Shown: positions 1 to 11,871 of the stretch, one piece after another
Layout: each line of letters opens with the position of its first letter
Position numbering within the stretch: position 1 is the first letter of the stretch
NCBI GenBank assembly: GCA_963816145.1
Contig: CAWFJP010000029.1
Location: 128,001 to 192,000 of the forward strand
Reading direction: 5' to 3'
Source: an uncultured delta proteobacterium
Lineage (GTDB): Bacteria > Desulfobacterota > Binatia > UBA9968
Length of the DNA stretch: 64,000 nucleotides
The notes under the pieces: model-generated
What the model saw: the letters and a program-made list of their open reading frames with translations, nothing else
Database searches by the model: none
What the model was told of the DNA's origin: nothing
Program-made: the position numbers and the translations under genes

Positions 1-177
1 TCCTGTGAGATTTGTCCGTTGCGTCGGACGGTTTAGTCGTGAAGCCCGATTGGGGCAGCTGCCTGCCACAGCTCGTGAACCCAATGTGGCATCTAGAGAT
101 ATTTGCTCACTACTTTAGCGTTTCTGTTTTTCAATCTAAATCCGAATTGTACCGAATCGTCTGTGCCGATTCTCAAG

Positions 178-474
178 GCGAGTTTCTTTCCGCAATTGCC
201 TTTAAATTCCTGCAATTTAAAAGAGCCAAAATTTTAAGTCTACCAGTCTTGTCTTCAGGTTTCGCAACTGCCTATAACTCTAAGTAGGATGTTGTCCTAG
301 GACAGGAATGAGGAAAATCTCCGTGAGTCGGTCGAGCGAGAATCGCATGAAGCTGCCACCTGAAGGGATGGCGAGCCGGGATAGGTGTTTCCGTTTGTCG
401 GGCGCGTGCGAGCCGTTTCCCATTGACGATGTTGACGCAACCGTTCCGGCAGCAAACTTGCTCACAGTCAACGA
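178..474 (+). repeat. ~297-bp direct repeat, copy 1 (promoter plus leader ORF)
   Basis: Aligns by eye with 9421-9718; about 21 differences including one indel (hand count). Confidence 0.95.
249..278 (+). promoter_or_regulatory. putative sigma70-type promoter
   Basis: TTGTCT-N18-TATAAC; conserved in repeat copy 2 as TTGTCT-N18-TATAAG (9492-9521). Confidence 0.45.
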
Positions 475-487
475 AATCAAGCCATAG
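308..487 (+). pseudogene. 59-aa leader ORF, probable relic of an A-domain protein N-terminus
   Basis: MRKISVSRSSENRMKLPPEGMASRDRCFRLSGACEPFPIDDVDATVPA. The EPFPIDDVDATVPA segment resembles the A2 start IEFKKDDIEHSLSA in the NRPS downstream. Confidence 0.4.
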
Positions 488-626
488 CTTTAGACTGCGC
501 CTGCCTGGATATATCTCTGCGTTGAGTTATGCTGACAGTATTCAAGATTAATAGCTTGTTTGACTCAAATCATATTGTTCTCATGAGTTGTCAAGGAGAC
601 AGCTTATGGCTGAGCATCGGTGAAAG

Positions 627-3600
627 TTGCCGATGATTCGCGAGGCCGAGAGGCGTAAACTGCTTGTTGATTGGAATGACACGCAGAAAGATTATCCCAA
701 AAACCGGTGTATCCATGAGCTCTTTGAGGCCCAGGCAGAAAAAACTCCTGACGCTATCGCCGTCTTATTCGACTGCAAACAACTAACCTACCGCGAGCTC
801 AACACCAGGGCCAACCAATTGGCGCATTACCTGCGTGTGCTAGAAGTCGGCCCAGAGATCCTGGTTGGCGTGTTTATGGAGCGATCCCTGGAAATGATCA
901 TAGGCATCCTCGGGATCCTCAAAGCCGGCGGGACTTATGTGCCTCTCGACCCAGCGTATCCACAGGAAAGATTGGCCTTTATGCTCGAGGATGCTCATCT
1001 TTTCGTGCTCCTCACACAACAATCCTTGGTTGCGAAACTACCGCAGCACCATGGAAGGTTGGTTTGTCTGGATGCAGATGGGCCGACGATTGACAGCTGC
1101 AGAGAGGAAAATCCAGCGGGCGAGGTTAGCGCAGAAAACCTGGCCTACCTCATCTATACCTCTGGCTCCACGGGAGTGCCGAAAGGAGTGGCCATTGAGC
1201 ATCACAGCGCCGTCACGCTCTTGCATTGGGCCATGGATGTCTTTGCGCGGGAAGAGACCAGGGGAGTACTTGCCTCCACGTCAATCTGTTTTGACCTTTC
1301 GGTTTTCGAAATATTTCTCCCATTAAGCCACGGTGGCAAGGTGATCCTGGTTGAAAACGCATTGCACCTGTCCACTTTGGATGCTGCCGCTGACGTCACT
1401 TTAATTAATACTGTGCCTTCCGCTGTCGCGGAGTTGTTGAGGAGCGGGGATCTTCCGCCATCCGTGCACACGATATGCTTGGCAGGTGAACCTCTGAGCC
1501 CGCGGCTGGTGGAGCGGATCTATGAACAGGGTACGGTTCGGCAAGTTTTCGATCTCTATGGGCCCTCCGAGGACACCACTTATTCTACGTTCGCTTTAAG
1601 ACACCCGACCGGACCGGCTACCATCGGCCGACCGATTGCAAACACACAAGTGTATATTCTGGATCACCATTTGCAGCCGGTCCCCATAGGAGTGGCCGGG
1701 GAACTGTTCATCGGCGGTGACGGCTTAGCCCGGGGTTACCTGAACAGGCCCGAGGCATCCGCCGAGAGGTTTCTGCCGAATCCCTTTAGCGACGAGCCGG
1801 GGCGAAGGTTGTATCGAACCGGTGACTCGGCTCGCTATCTGCCGGACGGTTACATTGAGTTCCTCGGACGTATCGATAACCAAGTCAAAATCCGTGGCTT
1901 CCGCATAGAGCTGGGTGAAATTGAAACTGTGCTGGAGCAACATTCTGGTGTTGGCCAAGCCGTGGTCTTAGCCTGGGGGGGCACAAGCAGCGATAAGCAA
2001 CTGGTGGCTTATGTTGTTCCGAAGCAAGCTTTCTCCCCCTCCACTTCGGAGCTGCGTGACTTTTTGGCAAATAAGTTGCCCTTTTATATGGTGCCCTCGG
2101 CCTTTGTGTCACTTGAGGCCCTACCTCTCACTCCAAACGGCAAGATAGACCGGCGCGCGCTGCCGGCGCCCGACCGGGTCAGACCCGAAACTGTTACCTT
2201 CGTACCGGTGCGAAATCCGATTGAGGAGGTCGTGGCGGGGATCTGGACCGAAGTACTGAAGCTTGAGCGGATTGGCGTTCACGACAATTTCTTCGAGTTA
2301 GGGGGCCACTCGTTACTCGCTACCCGGGTTATTTCCCGGTTGCGGCGTGCTTTCGGTACGGACTTTCCACTACGACTGTTATTTGACGCGCCGACTATAG
2401 CCGGTCTGGCCACGCTGATAGAGACCACCCCACGAAACCAAGAGGAATCGCGATTTGTTCCGCCCCTACGGCCTATTTCACGGCACGGTCCTCTTCCCCT
2501 TTCCTTTGCGCAACAGCGATTGTGGGTTTTGGATCGGTTGGAGCCAGGTAACCCAACATACAACATGCCTGCTGCGGTTCGCCTCACTGGAACTCTCGAT
2601 ATCTCTGCGCTGGATCGGAGTCTTAACGAGATCGTGCGTCGCCACGAAGGCCTGCGTACCACTTTTTCTATGGTCGAGGGCGAACCGATTCAAGTTATCG
2701 CCGCGAGCCTGACGATTGCGATGTCGCTGGTGGACTTGCAGGAGCTTCCTCCAGACAAACGGGAGCTTCGAGCCCGGCAAATGATGACCGAGGAGGCTAA
2801 AAGCCACTTCGATCTGGCTCAAGGGCCTCTCCTGCGCTCCGCCTTGATCCGGTTGGGCCCACAACATCACATTCTGCTCGTGACCATGCACCACATTGTT
2901 TCGGACGGTTGGTCCATGGGGGTGTTCTTCCACGAACTTTCGGTGCTCTATCAGGCCTACGCTTCCGGCGAAAAATCGCCGCTACCTGAACTACCGATCC
3001 AGTATAAAGACTTTGCTCTTTGGCAACGACAGTGGCTTCAAGGGGACACGCTAGCCACTCAGCTCTCCTATTGGAAGCAGCAGCTCGAGGCAGCTCCGGT
3101 GCTTGAGCTACCCGCCGATCATCCGCGATCTCCGGCGCAAACCTACCGAGGCGCAAGGCATTCCTTGGTGCTATCCAAAGCTCTGTCTGACGCACTCATG
3201 ATGTTAAGTCAGCAGGAGAACGTTACGTTGTTCATGACTTTGCTCGCGGCATTTCAGATCCTATTGCAGCGCTACACTGGGCAAAGTGACATAACTGTGG
3301 GCTCGCCAATCGCAGGCCGGCATCAAGTAGAGGTCGAGGGATTGATCGGATTTTTCCTAAACAGCTTGGTGCTGCGTGCCGATCTTTCGGATAACCCTAG
3401 TTTTCCGGACTTGTTGGCGCGGGTACGACAGATTGCTTTGGATGCTTACACGCACCAGGATCTGCCCTTTGAAAAGCTGTTGGAAGAACTGCGGCCCGAT
3501 CGCGACCTAAGCCGCACACCGTTGTTCCAGGTTTTTTTCAATATGCTTGAGTTCGGGGAAGATAAAGCGCTCAACCTACCGGGAGTGACAGCAGAACTGC

Positions 3601-5713
3601 TTGAGATTGACGAGCCGGCATCGAATTTTGACCTGACTTTGTACGCTGGGGAACGAGACGGTGCGGTTTGGTTTTCGATGGTTTATAACCGCGACTTGTT
3701 CGAGCCGGCTACGATCGGCCGGCTAATGGGTCATTATCATAATCTGCTAGAAGCTATAACGGCGAATTCACAACAGCGAATCTCGTCGCTCCCGCTCCTA
3801 AGCGAAGCTGAGCGGAATCAACTTCGCGCCCGACGCAATCTAGTCGCTCCAGCCAATTCCTTCATCGAGTTTAAGAAAGATGATATCGAGCACTCTCTTT
3901 CGGCGCGTTTTGAAAATCTGGTAAACAGCAATCCTAATCAGGTAGCCGTCAAAACCCGCAATTATCGATGGACCTACGCGGAGCTTAATCGCGCAGCCAA
4001 CCAGATAGCACAGACGATCCTGCGATCATGCGGCGGTGGAGAGCAGAGGATTGCCCTTTTGTTCGAGCACGATGCGCCAATGATTGCCGCTATTTTCGGC
4101 GCACTGAAGAGTGGAAACGCTTACGTTCCGCTAGATCTTACTCATCCCAAAGAAAGACTGGCTCATATCCTGGAAGATTCCCAGGCGACGGCTCTCCTCA
4201 CCACTCGCAGCACCGCTGGTTTTGCCAAGATGCTAACCACAGGGCCCGTGAAAGTTATTGATATAAATGAGATCGACGACGCCGTATCGACCGCTAATCT
4301 CGGCTTGCCAGTCTTGCCTGACGCACTGGCCTATGTTCTCTACACCTCAGGCTCAACGGGACAGCCCAAAGGAGTGGTGCAGAACCATCGGAATGTCTTG
4401 CATCACATAGCCAATTATACGAACGGTCTGCATCTCAACGCCGATGACAGGCTGACGCTTATTCCGTCCTATGGCTTCGATGCCGCGGTCATGGATATGT
4501 TCGGCGCCTTGTTGAACGGAGCGACCCTGTATCCGATGGACCTCAAAGAAGAAGACCCAACCGCGCTGCTCGCGCGCATAGTAGAAGAAAAGATCACCAT
4601 CTACCACTCTACGCCCACCGTCTACCGTTATCTCCTCGGCTCATTGACGGGCAAGGAGAATCTTTCGGCAATTCGTCTTGCTGTTCTTGGCGGTGAAGAA
4701 GTTCTAAAAACGGATATTGATCTCTTCCGGCGGCATTTTTCCGTTAGCACCATTTTGGTTAATGGTCTGGGACCTACCGAGTCCACGTTAGCGTTGCAGT
4801 ATTTCATCGATCACGAAACACAGGTCATTGGCAACATAGTGCCCGTAGGTTATCCGGTCGGGGACACCGAAGTTCTTTTGCTCGACGAAGCGGGCGAACA
4901 GACTGAAATCTACGGAGAAATAGGGATTAGAAGCGACCATCTGGCTCTGGGGTATTGGCGAAATCCGGAAATCACCAAGGCTGCATTCCTCCCAGATCCG
5001 GAAAGTGGAACCAAACGCATCTACCGCACTGGAGATATGGGCCGCTTACATTCCGATGGAACCATCGCCTTTACCGGACGAAAGGACTTTCAGGTAAAAA
5101 TACGCGGCGTTCGGATTGAGCCCGGAGAGATCGAGGCGACGCTGGGTCAACACCCAGGGGTGCGGGAATGTGTGATCCTGGCGCGCGAGGACATTCCGGA
5201 CGACAAACGGCTGGTGGCTTATGTCGTCCGAACCAACAGCCAGCTCCGTCAGCCCATGACTTACGCAGTTTTCTGAAGCAGAAGTTGCCCGACTATATGG
5301 TGCCTTCAGCGTTTGTGTATTTGGACGCTTTGCCGCTTACCCCCAACGGCAAGGTAGACCGCGGTGCACTCCCGGCACCCGATCAGAGCAGCGCGGCACT
5401 GGAAAAGGGCTACGTCGCGGCTCGTACGCCTGACGAGGAGAATCTTGCAAAGATCTGGGCACAAGTTCTCAAACTAAATCGCGTGGGTATTCATGACAAC
5501 TTTTTTGAACTAGGAGGCCATTCTTTGTTGGCCACGCAAGTCATGTCGCGGCTACGTGAAGCCTTCCAGGTAGAGTTCAAATTGCGCGACCTCTTTGAAC
5601 ATCCCACAGTTGCCGGGTTGGCGGAATCGCTCGAAGCGATTCGTTGGGCGTCCAATCAACCACGGCGATCGGATCTTAACACGACGACAGCGCGGGAGTC
5701 AGGCGAAATATGA
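627..5713 (+). CDS. NRPS 1, A-T-C-A-T, split by a 1-nt frameshift at ~5228 (ORFs 627..5276 and 5168..5713)
   Basis: Two YTSGSTGxPKG motifs, YRTGD, two GGHSLLA carrier motifs and HHIVSDG. Adding one C to the CC at 5228-5229 restores VVPNQQPAPSAHDLRSFL. Confidence 0.93.
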
Positions 5714-8700
5714 CGACAGCTGAATTTTTGTCCTCTCTACGGCCTCAGGGCATTCAGCTCTGGGTTGAGGGCGAGAAACTATGCTACAGCGCTCCGGCAG
5801 GTGGGTTAACACCCGACATGGCTGGAGAGCTAAGGAAGCGAAAGGCAGAAATCGTGGGGCTATTGCGTGATGCAAGCCAGATCGCCCCGCTTATATTGCC
5901 CGTCTCGCACGACGGCAACTTACCTCTTTCTTTTGCCCAGGAACGGTTGTGGTTTTTGGATCAATTTGAGCCGAACAGTTCGGTTTACAATCTTGCCAAC
6001 GGGATACGGCTTAAGGGCACGTTGCGCGTAGGCGCGCTTGAGCAGAGTCTCAACGAGATAGTGAGGCGGCACGAAGCGCTGCGGACCAGCTTTTCGATGG
6101 TGGAAGGGCAACCCATTCAGGTCATCTCCTCATCTTTCACTCGACCTTTGCCTGTTTTGGATCTGAGTAATCTTTCTGAGGCTGAGCGAGAAGCGGAAGC
6201 CCAGCGTCTTGCTGACGAGGAAAACCAACGAGCCTTCGATCTGGCCCGGGGGCCGCTTCTGCGATCCAAGCTGCTGCGGCTAGGGGATGACGATCACGTC
6301 TTGCTCGTAACCATGCATCATATTGTAACGGATGGTTGGTCGATGGGGGTGTTCTTCCGAGAGCTTTCAGTTCTCTATGAAGCTTTCTCCAATGGAAAGC
6401 CCTCGCCACTGCCGGCCTTACCGATTCAATATGCCGACTATGCAGTTTGGCAGCGCGATTGGCTCAAGGGAGAAATTTTAGAAACTCAGCTTTCCTACTG
6501 GAAGAAGCGGCTGGCAAACGTGCCCACGCTACAATTGCCCACGGATCGGCCGCGGCCAGCGGTGCAGACGTTTTCGTGGTGCAAGGCATCCTTTGGTTTT
6601 GTCTCATGACCTGACGGAGAAGCTCAGGGCCTTAAGCCGCAAAGAAAGGGTCACCCTTTTCATGGTCTTGTTGGCGGCGTTTCAGGTCTTACTGCATCGG
6701 TTAACGGGGCAAGAAGATATTGTCGTAGGCTCTCCGATAGCGGGCCGCACTCGACCTGATATTGAAGGTTTGATTGGTTTCTTTCTCAACACCTTGGTGC
6801 TGAGAACCGACCTATCGGGTAATCCGACGTTCAAGGAGCTGCTCGCGCGGGTACGTGAAGTGGCTCTGGGAGCGTATGACCATCAGGATGTGCCGTTTGA
6901 AAAACTCCTGGAAGAACTCCGGCCTGAACGAGACCTTAGCCGCACGCCGCTATTTCAAGTATTTTTTAACATGCTCAATGTCGGAGAGTCTATTGTCGAG
7001 TTGTCGGGATTGAAAGTTGAGAGGCTTTCCCACAGTGAGGTTGAATCAAAATTCGACTTGACGATGTACGTTAGAGAGCAGAATGGAGATCTCCAATTCA
7101 ATTTGGTCTACAACGCCGATCTTTTTGATATGGATCGGATGGTAGAGATGATCGGGCAATACGAACAGTTGCTTTCTGAAATTGTGGAGGACCCGACCCA
7201 AAACATCGATTACTATTCTCTTTTGACTAAGACCGCTGAAAAGCTGTTACCGAATCCCGTTGAGCCTTTAGGTTCGGTCTGGGTCGGATCTGTGCATGAG
7301 CGATTCTCTCATCTGGCAAAGCGTCGGCCCGATCAGCTCGCTATTACAGATCCCCACGACAGCTGGACTTACGAAGATCTCAACTCACGCAGTAATCAGT
7401 TGGCTCACTACTTGTTAGAGAGCGGCATCCGACGCGAAGATATCGTTGCCGTCTATGGTCACCGCAGCGCCTCGCTCGCCTGGGCGTTGCTCGGGATACT
7501 CAAAGCAGGGGCGGCTTTCTTGATTCTGGATCCTGCGTATCCGACAGCGCGCATCATCGAATATGTACGAGGTGCGAAGCCACGGGGCTTTGTTCACCTC
7601 CGCGCCGGTGGCGCTGTTTCGCATGAACTAGAGGACGTTCTCCAGGCCACGGTTCACTGTCGAGTCACATTGTCTAGTCTGTTATCATTCCGCCACGACG
7701 ACGTCCTCCATACATATTCAATGGCAGATCCGCAAATAGCGATCGATCCCGATGATCTGGCCTATGTTTCTTACACCTCCGGTTCCACGGGAGAACCGAA
7801 GGGGGTTTTGGGTCGACATGGTCCACTGTCACACTTTCTGCCCTGGCAGGCAGAGAAATTTGGTCTTAAGTCGTCCGATCACTTCAGTCTACTTTCGGGT
7901 CTTTCTCATGACCCGCTACACCGAGAGATCTTTACCGCCCTATGGGTTGGGGGAACCATCTATGTGCCCGATCCTGACATTCTAGGAGCTGCTGGTGAGC
8001 TGGCCGATTGGATGGCCAGACAACAGATCACTTTTGCTCATATGACGCCCGCCCTGGGCCGGTTTCTCACTGAAACCGCGAAGCCGCAAAGCCAATTGCC
8101 CTCACTACGACATGTGTTCTTGGTTGGAGACAAATTGACTTGGGGCGATGTTACGCGCTTGCGCAAGCTTGCCCCGGAGGTTACGTGTGTCAACTATTAC
8201 GGTTCCACCGAGACTCAGCGAGCGGTGAGTTATTATGAGATTACTGCAAGCGAAAGCAGTACAGCCGGCCAAGGAGTCGTTCCGGTAGGTCGAGGGATGC
8301 CCAATGTTCAGCTGCTGATTTTGAACACTGAGCAGAAGTTGGCCGGCCTTGGTGAAGTCAGTGAAATCTACATGCGTAGTCCCCACCTGGCGAGGGGATA
8401 CCTGAATGACGAGAGCCTAACTGAAGCCCGCTTCCTGACTAATCCGCTCACTCAGCAAGCCGGTGACAGGTTATACCGCACCGGAGACGTCGGCCGCTAT
8501 CTACGTGACGGCAGCGTGGAGATTTTGGGGAGAATCGATGGACAGGTCAAGGTTCGCGGCTTTCGTGTCGAGCTGGGGGAAATCGAGGCAGCGCTGGGTC
8601 GACACCCAGCGGTGCGGGACAGTGTGGTCGTGGTGCGGGAAGATGAACCCGACAACAAGCGGCTGGTGGCCTATATCGTCTCGAGCCTACAGCCAGCCCC

Positions 8701-9214
8701 ATCGACTAACGACTTGCGCAGTTTCCTGAAACAAAAGCTCCCCGACTACATGATGCCGTCGGGATTCATGTTTCTGGAGTCCTTGCCGCTTACTCCCAAC
8801 GGCAAGCTCGACCGTAAGTCTCTGCCGGCGCCCGATCATAGCAGACCCGAGCTAGACGATGCCTTCGCCACCCCAAGAAATCCCGCCGAGGAGTTGCTCG
8901 CTGACATCTGGGCTGAGGTTCTCAAGCTCGACAAGGTCGGCATCCATGACAACTTCTTTCACTTGGGCGGCCATTCCCTGCTGGCCACCCAGGTCGTCTC
9001 GCGCGTAAATACTGTGTTCCAGATCGATTTCCCGTTGCGCAGACTATTCGAGTGTCCGACCATTGCCGAAATGGCCGCGGTGATCACCGGAGATCAAGGG
9101 AAGATTTTAGACGAGAGCCAGTTGGCGACCATCCTCGACGAACTAGCGTCGTTGTCGGACGCTGAAGCTCAGCGGCTTGTGAGCGAAAGTAGTGCGACTA
9201 TCCCCCAAAAGTAG
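5710..9214 (+). CDS. NRPS 2, TubC-like N-terminal docking domain-C-A-T, split by a 1-nt frameshift at ~6572 (ORFs 5710..6609 and 6593..9214)
   Basis: N-terminus GIQLWVEGEKLCYSAPAG; HHIVTDG; YTSGSTGEPKG; GGHSLLA. Removing one T from TTTT at 6571-6574 restores TFRGARHPLVLS. ATGA overlap with NRPS 1. Confidence 0.93.
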
Positions 9215-9420
9215 TTTCCTCTTCGTAGTCTTTCGTCCTTGCACGATACTCTGAAAGACTCGACGAAAAGCCGCGCCACATATAAACGTGGATCGGCATC
9301 CGTGATCAGGCAAAGTCTTCCATTCCCGAACCAAAGCTTCAATCGAAGGTTGTTTGTTTATTATTTGCGCGATTTTTATTTTATCTAGATGATCCGAATA
9401 CTATGCAGGTTTATTTGGCG

Positions 9421-9718
9421 GCGCATTTCTTACCGCAATTGCCTTCAAATTCCTGCAATTTAAAAGAGCCAAAATTTTAGGTCTATCAGTCTTGTCTTCA
9501 GGTTTCGCAATTACCTATAAGTCTAAGTAGGATGTTGTCCTACGACAGGAATGAGGAAAATCTCCGTGGGTCGGTCGAGCGAAAATCGCATGAAGCTACC
9601 ACCTGAAGAGATGGCGAGTGGGGATAAGTGTTTCCGTATGTCGGGCGCGTGCGAGCCGTTTCCCATTGACGATGTTGACGCAACCGTTCCGGCAGCGAAC
9701 CTTGCCCACAGTCAACGA
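9421..9718 (+). repeat. ~297-bp direct repeat, copy 2
   Basis: Matches 178-474 and contains the start of ORF 9551..9814. Confidence 0.95.
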
Positions 9719-9814
9719 CAGAATGCTGGTCAGACTCGGTTAACGCAGTTTATAACGGAAGTAGAGAATGTGTCTGAGGACGAAACTGGAAAAGCCTTGT
9801 CTCAGGAACAATAA
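9551..9814 (+). pseudogene. 87-aa leader ORF, paralogue of 308..487
   Basis: First ~50 aa nearly identical to the copy-1 ORF, then diverges after a 1-nt indel. Confidence 0.35.
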
Positions 9815-9959
9815 TAACGCACATGAAAAAATGACGCCCTCAAGGTCGTGCGCTCGGTTGAATGAAATCTAAACTTGCTACGGAAGGAAATCTTACAAAC
9901 TTATCAGGCTTGGCTACGATAACCAGAGGAACCCGATAGATCTACACCTATGTTTAGGA

Positions 9960-11336
9960 ATGAGGCAAGCGGTCATGATTATAGAAAATAAAGTTTATAG
10001 ACTGAAAACAACCAAGTGCGGGAACTGGCTGAACATCGTAGCGGTATTATTCGCCGCGGAGCTTGGCGGGAATACCTATCCACTGAGATTCTCGATTGTT
10101 GACGTCTGTGAGGGAGAAATTGTTATTGAATCGACCATTATCAGATTTACCTCCAACCATAAGCATGCTGACAAACTGGGGCTGATCGAGGTTTTAACCC
10201 CGAGAAGAAAGGCGTTCCAAAGCCAGCCTTTTGGTGTCGTTCAGATTGTTCCAACCGGGATCCGGTGTGAATTCGGTGGATTTGCAGGGGATGCCGGTCC
10301 CGTCACTAACCTGTTAGCGTCGACAGTGGATTTTCTCGTTACCCACCCGAACGCGGTCAATGCTTCTGAGCTAAATGAAATGGCGGAGAACGTTTTGTAT
10401 GTGGAAGGGAAAAGTTTAGACGACTTTCTGTTAGGCCATGTAGGCCTGCGCCCAGTTTTGAGTAACCGGATCGGTACGTTCGTAGACAGGACAGGTATTG
10501 ATTATATCGACTCTGTCGTGAACACCCTCAATGCGGCAAGAGCCGTAAGAGGCGTTGAATGTGACCTATACACGGTTTTGCGCGAAGAACTGAACGTCAA
10601 GATAGAGTGGTCGCGGAGCGGATGTGCAGTAGGCACGATCCTTCATCCTGAGGCTATCTTAGAAGCGGTCGAGTTCTTACTCTCCCACGGTGTTCACGCC
10701 GTGGGAGGAGTTTCCGTGATCCATGGTGTGACCAAAGAGATGTTTTCGCATCATCTGCACGGTGAGATCCCAAACCCTTCGGGTGGGATTGAGGCTATTA
10801 TCACCCACCTCATTTCCAAGATCTTTAGAATTCCCACTGCTCACGCTCCACTTCCCTATTACCAAGATCTAAAGGAAAAGAGCACTGTAAACCCGCGTGC
10901 AGCGGCTGAGTTTATTTCGACACCCCATTACTTTTGTGTGCTAAAAGGATTGGCCAGAGCTCCCCGACTCGTTCCGATTTCAAGCCTGGACAATGTCCCT
11001 GATCACCTCATCACTGTCAACAATATCGGTGCAATCATAACGCCGGCAGATTGTCTGGGCGGAATACCGGCGTTGGCGGCGGAATTTAGTGGCATTCCCT
11101 TAATAGCAGTCAGGGAAAATAAAACTCTGCTCAACGTGACAAATGAAACGATGAAGATGATGAACGTTATTGAGGTTAATTCGTACCTTGAAGCTGCCGG
11201 TGTGGTAGTGGCCTTGCGCGAAGGAATTTCTTTGGAAAGCGTTCGTCGGCCTCTTCAGCGCGCAAAGAGAATCGATATGCCTTGCCCAAAGGGTCCGCGG
11301 GCGGAAGAAGTGGAGGCGGTCATGGACAAAATTTGA
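9960..11336 (+). CDS. DUF3326 family protein with ~90-aa N-terminal extension
   Basis: Motifs IVPTGIRCEFGGFAGDA, LVTHPNAVN, LYVEGKSLDDF, EAIITHLIS, AHAP, PRAAAE, NSYLEAAG. Confidence 0.85.
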   Translation: MRQAVMIIENKVYRLKTTKCGNWLNIVAVLFAAELGGNTYPLRFSIVDVCEGEIVIESTIIRFTSNHKHADKLGLIEVLTPRRKAFQSQPFGVVQIVPTGIRCEFGGFAGDAGPVTNLLASTVDFLVTHPNAVNASELNEMAENVLYVEGKSLDDFLLGHVGLRPVLSNRIGTFVDRTGIDYIDSVVNTLNAARAVRGVECDLYTVLREELNVKIEWSRSGCAVGTILHPEAILEAVEFLLSHGVHAVGGVSVIHGVTKEMFSHHLHGEIPNPSGGIEAIITHLISKIFRIPTAHAPLPYYQDLKEKSTVNPRAAAEFISTPHYFCVLKGLARAPRLVPISSLDNVPDHLITVNNIGAIITPADCLGGIPALAAEFSGIPLIAVRENKTLLNVTNETMKMMNVIEVNSYLEAAGVVVALREGISLESVRRPLQRAKRIDMPCPKGPRAEEVEAVMDKI

Positions 11337-11390
11337 TTATTCAAAGAGATAAGAAAAACTGACCATGGCCTCCGAACCTACGTCAAACCG

Positions 11391-11861
11391 ATGCTTCACT
11401 CCTGCATCCACCCGGTGATTCAAGCCTGGGCTGAGCGCGCCCCCGCTGCCGTCGCCGTTGCTGCGCCGGGCCGTGCTCCGTTCACTTACGCTCATTTAAG
11501 TACTCACCTTGAGGACGTGGTACAAACGCTTCACACCCTGGGCATAGGCAGCAATAACCGTATCGCACTCGTGCGATCTCATGGTCCAGAGATGGTTGTA
11601 GCCTTTTTAGCCACAGCCGCAGCCGCGGCCAGCGCACCGGTTAACCCAAACTACCGAGCCATTGAATTCGACGCATCTCTCTCGGATCTTCTGGCCGCAC
11701 TACTGGTGTCGCGGATTCGCCACAAGCTGCATTTGGAATTGTCCGTACTTTCCCTCTTCGACGCGCCCACCGTAGCGGATCAGGCAATACTCGTGGAGGA
11801 GACGCTGTTGATCGAAGGACCATGGGCGTGCGGGGAAGGGCACGGGAGCGGGATGTTATAA
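11391..11861 (+). pseudogene. internally deleted A-T relic: acyl-CoA-ligase-like N-terminus fused to a carrier-domain C-terminal half
   Basis: APGRAPFTY...GPEMVVAFLA...APVNPNY joined directly to LLAALLVSRIR...LFDAPTVA; no A-domain core and no phosphopantetheine Ser motif. Confidence 0.8.
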
Positions 11862-11871
11862 GAAGACGAAA

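Noticed and set aside
621-623. TGA as selenocysteine
   Set aside because: Non-catalytic position and no evident SECIS-like hairpin.
5220-6600. Programmed ribosomal frameshifting in the NRPS genes
   Set aside because: No slippery heptamer or stimulatory structure was seen, and similar indels occur in unrelated genes.
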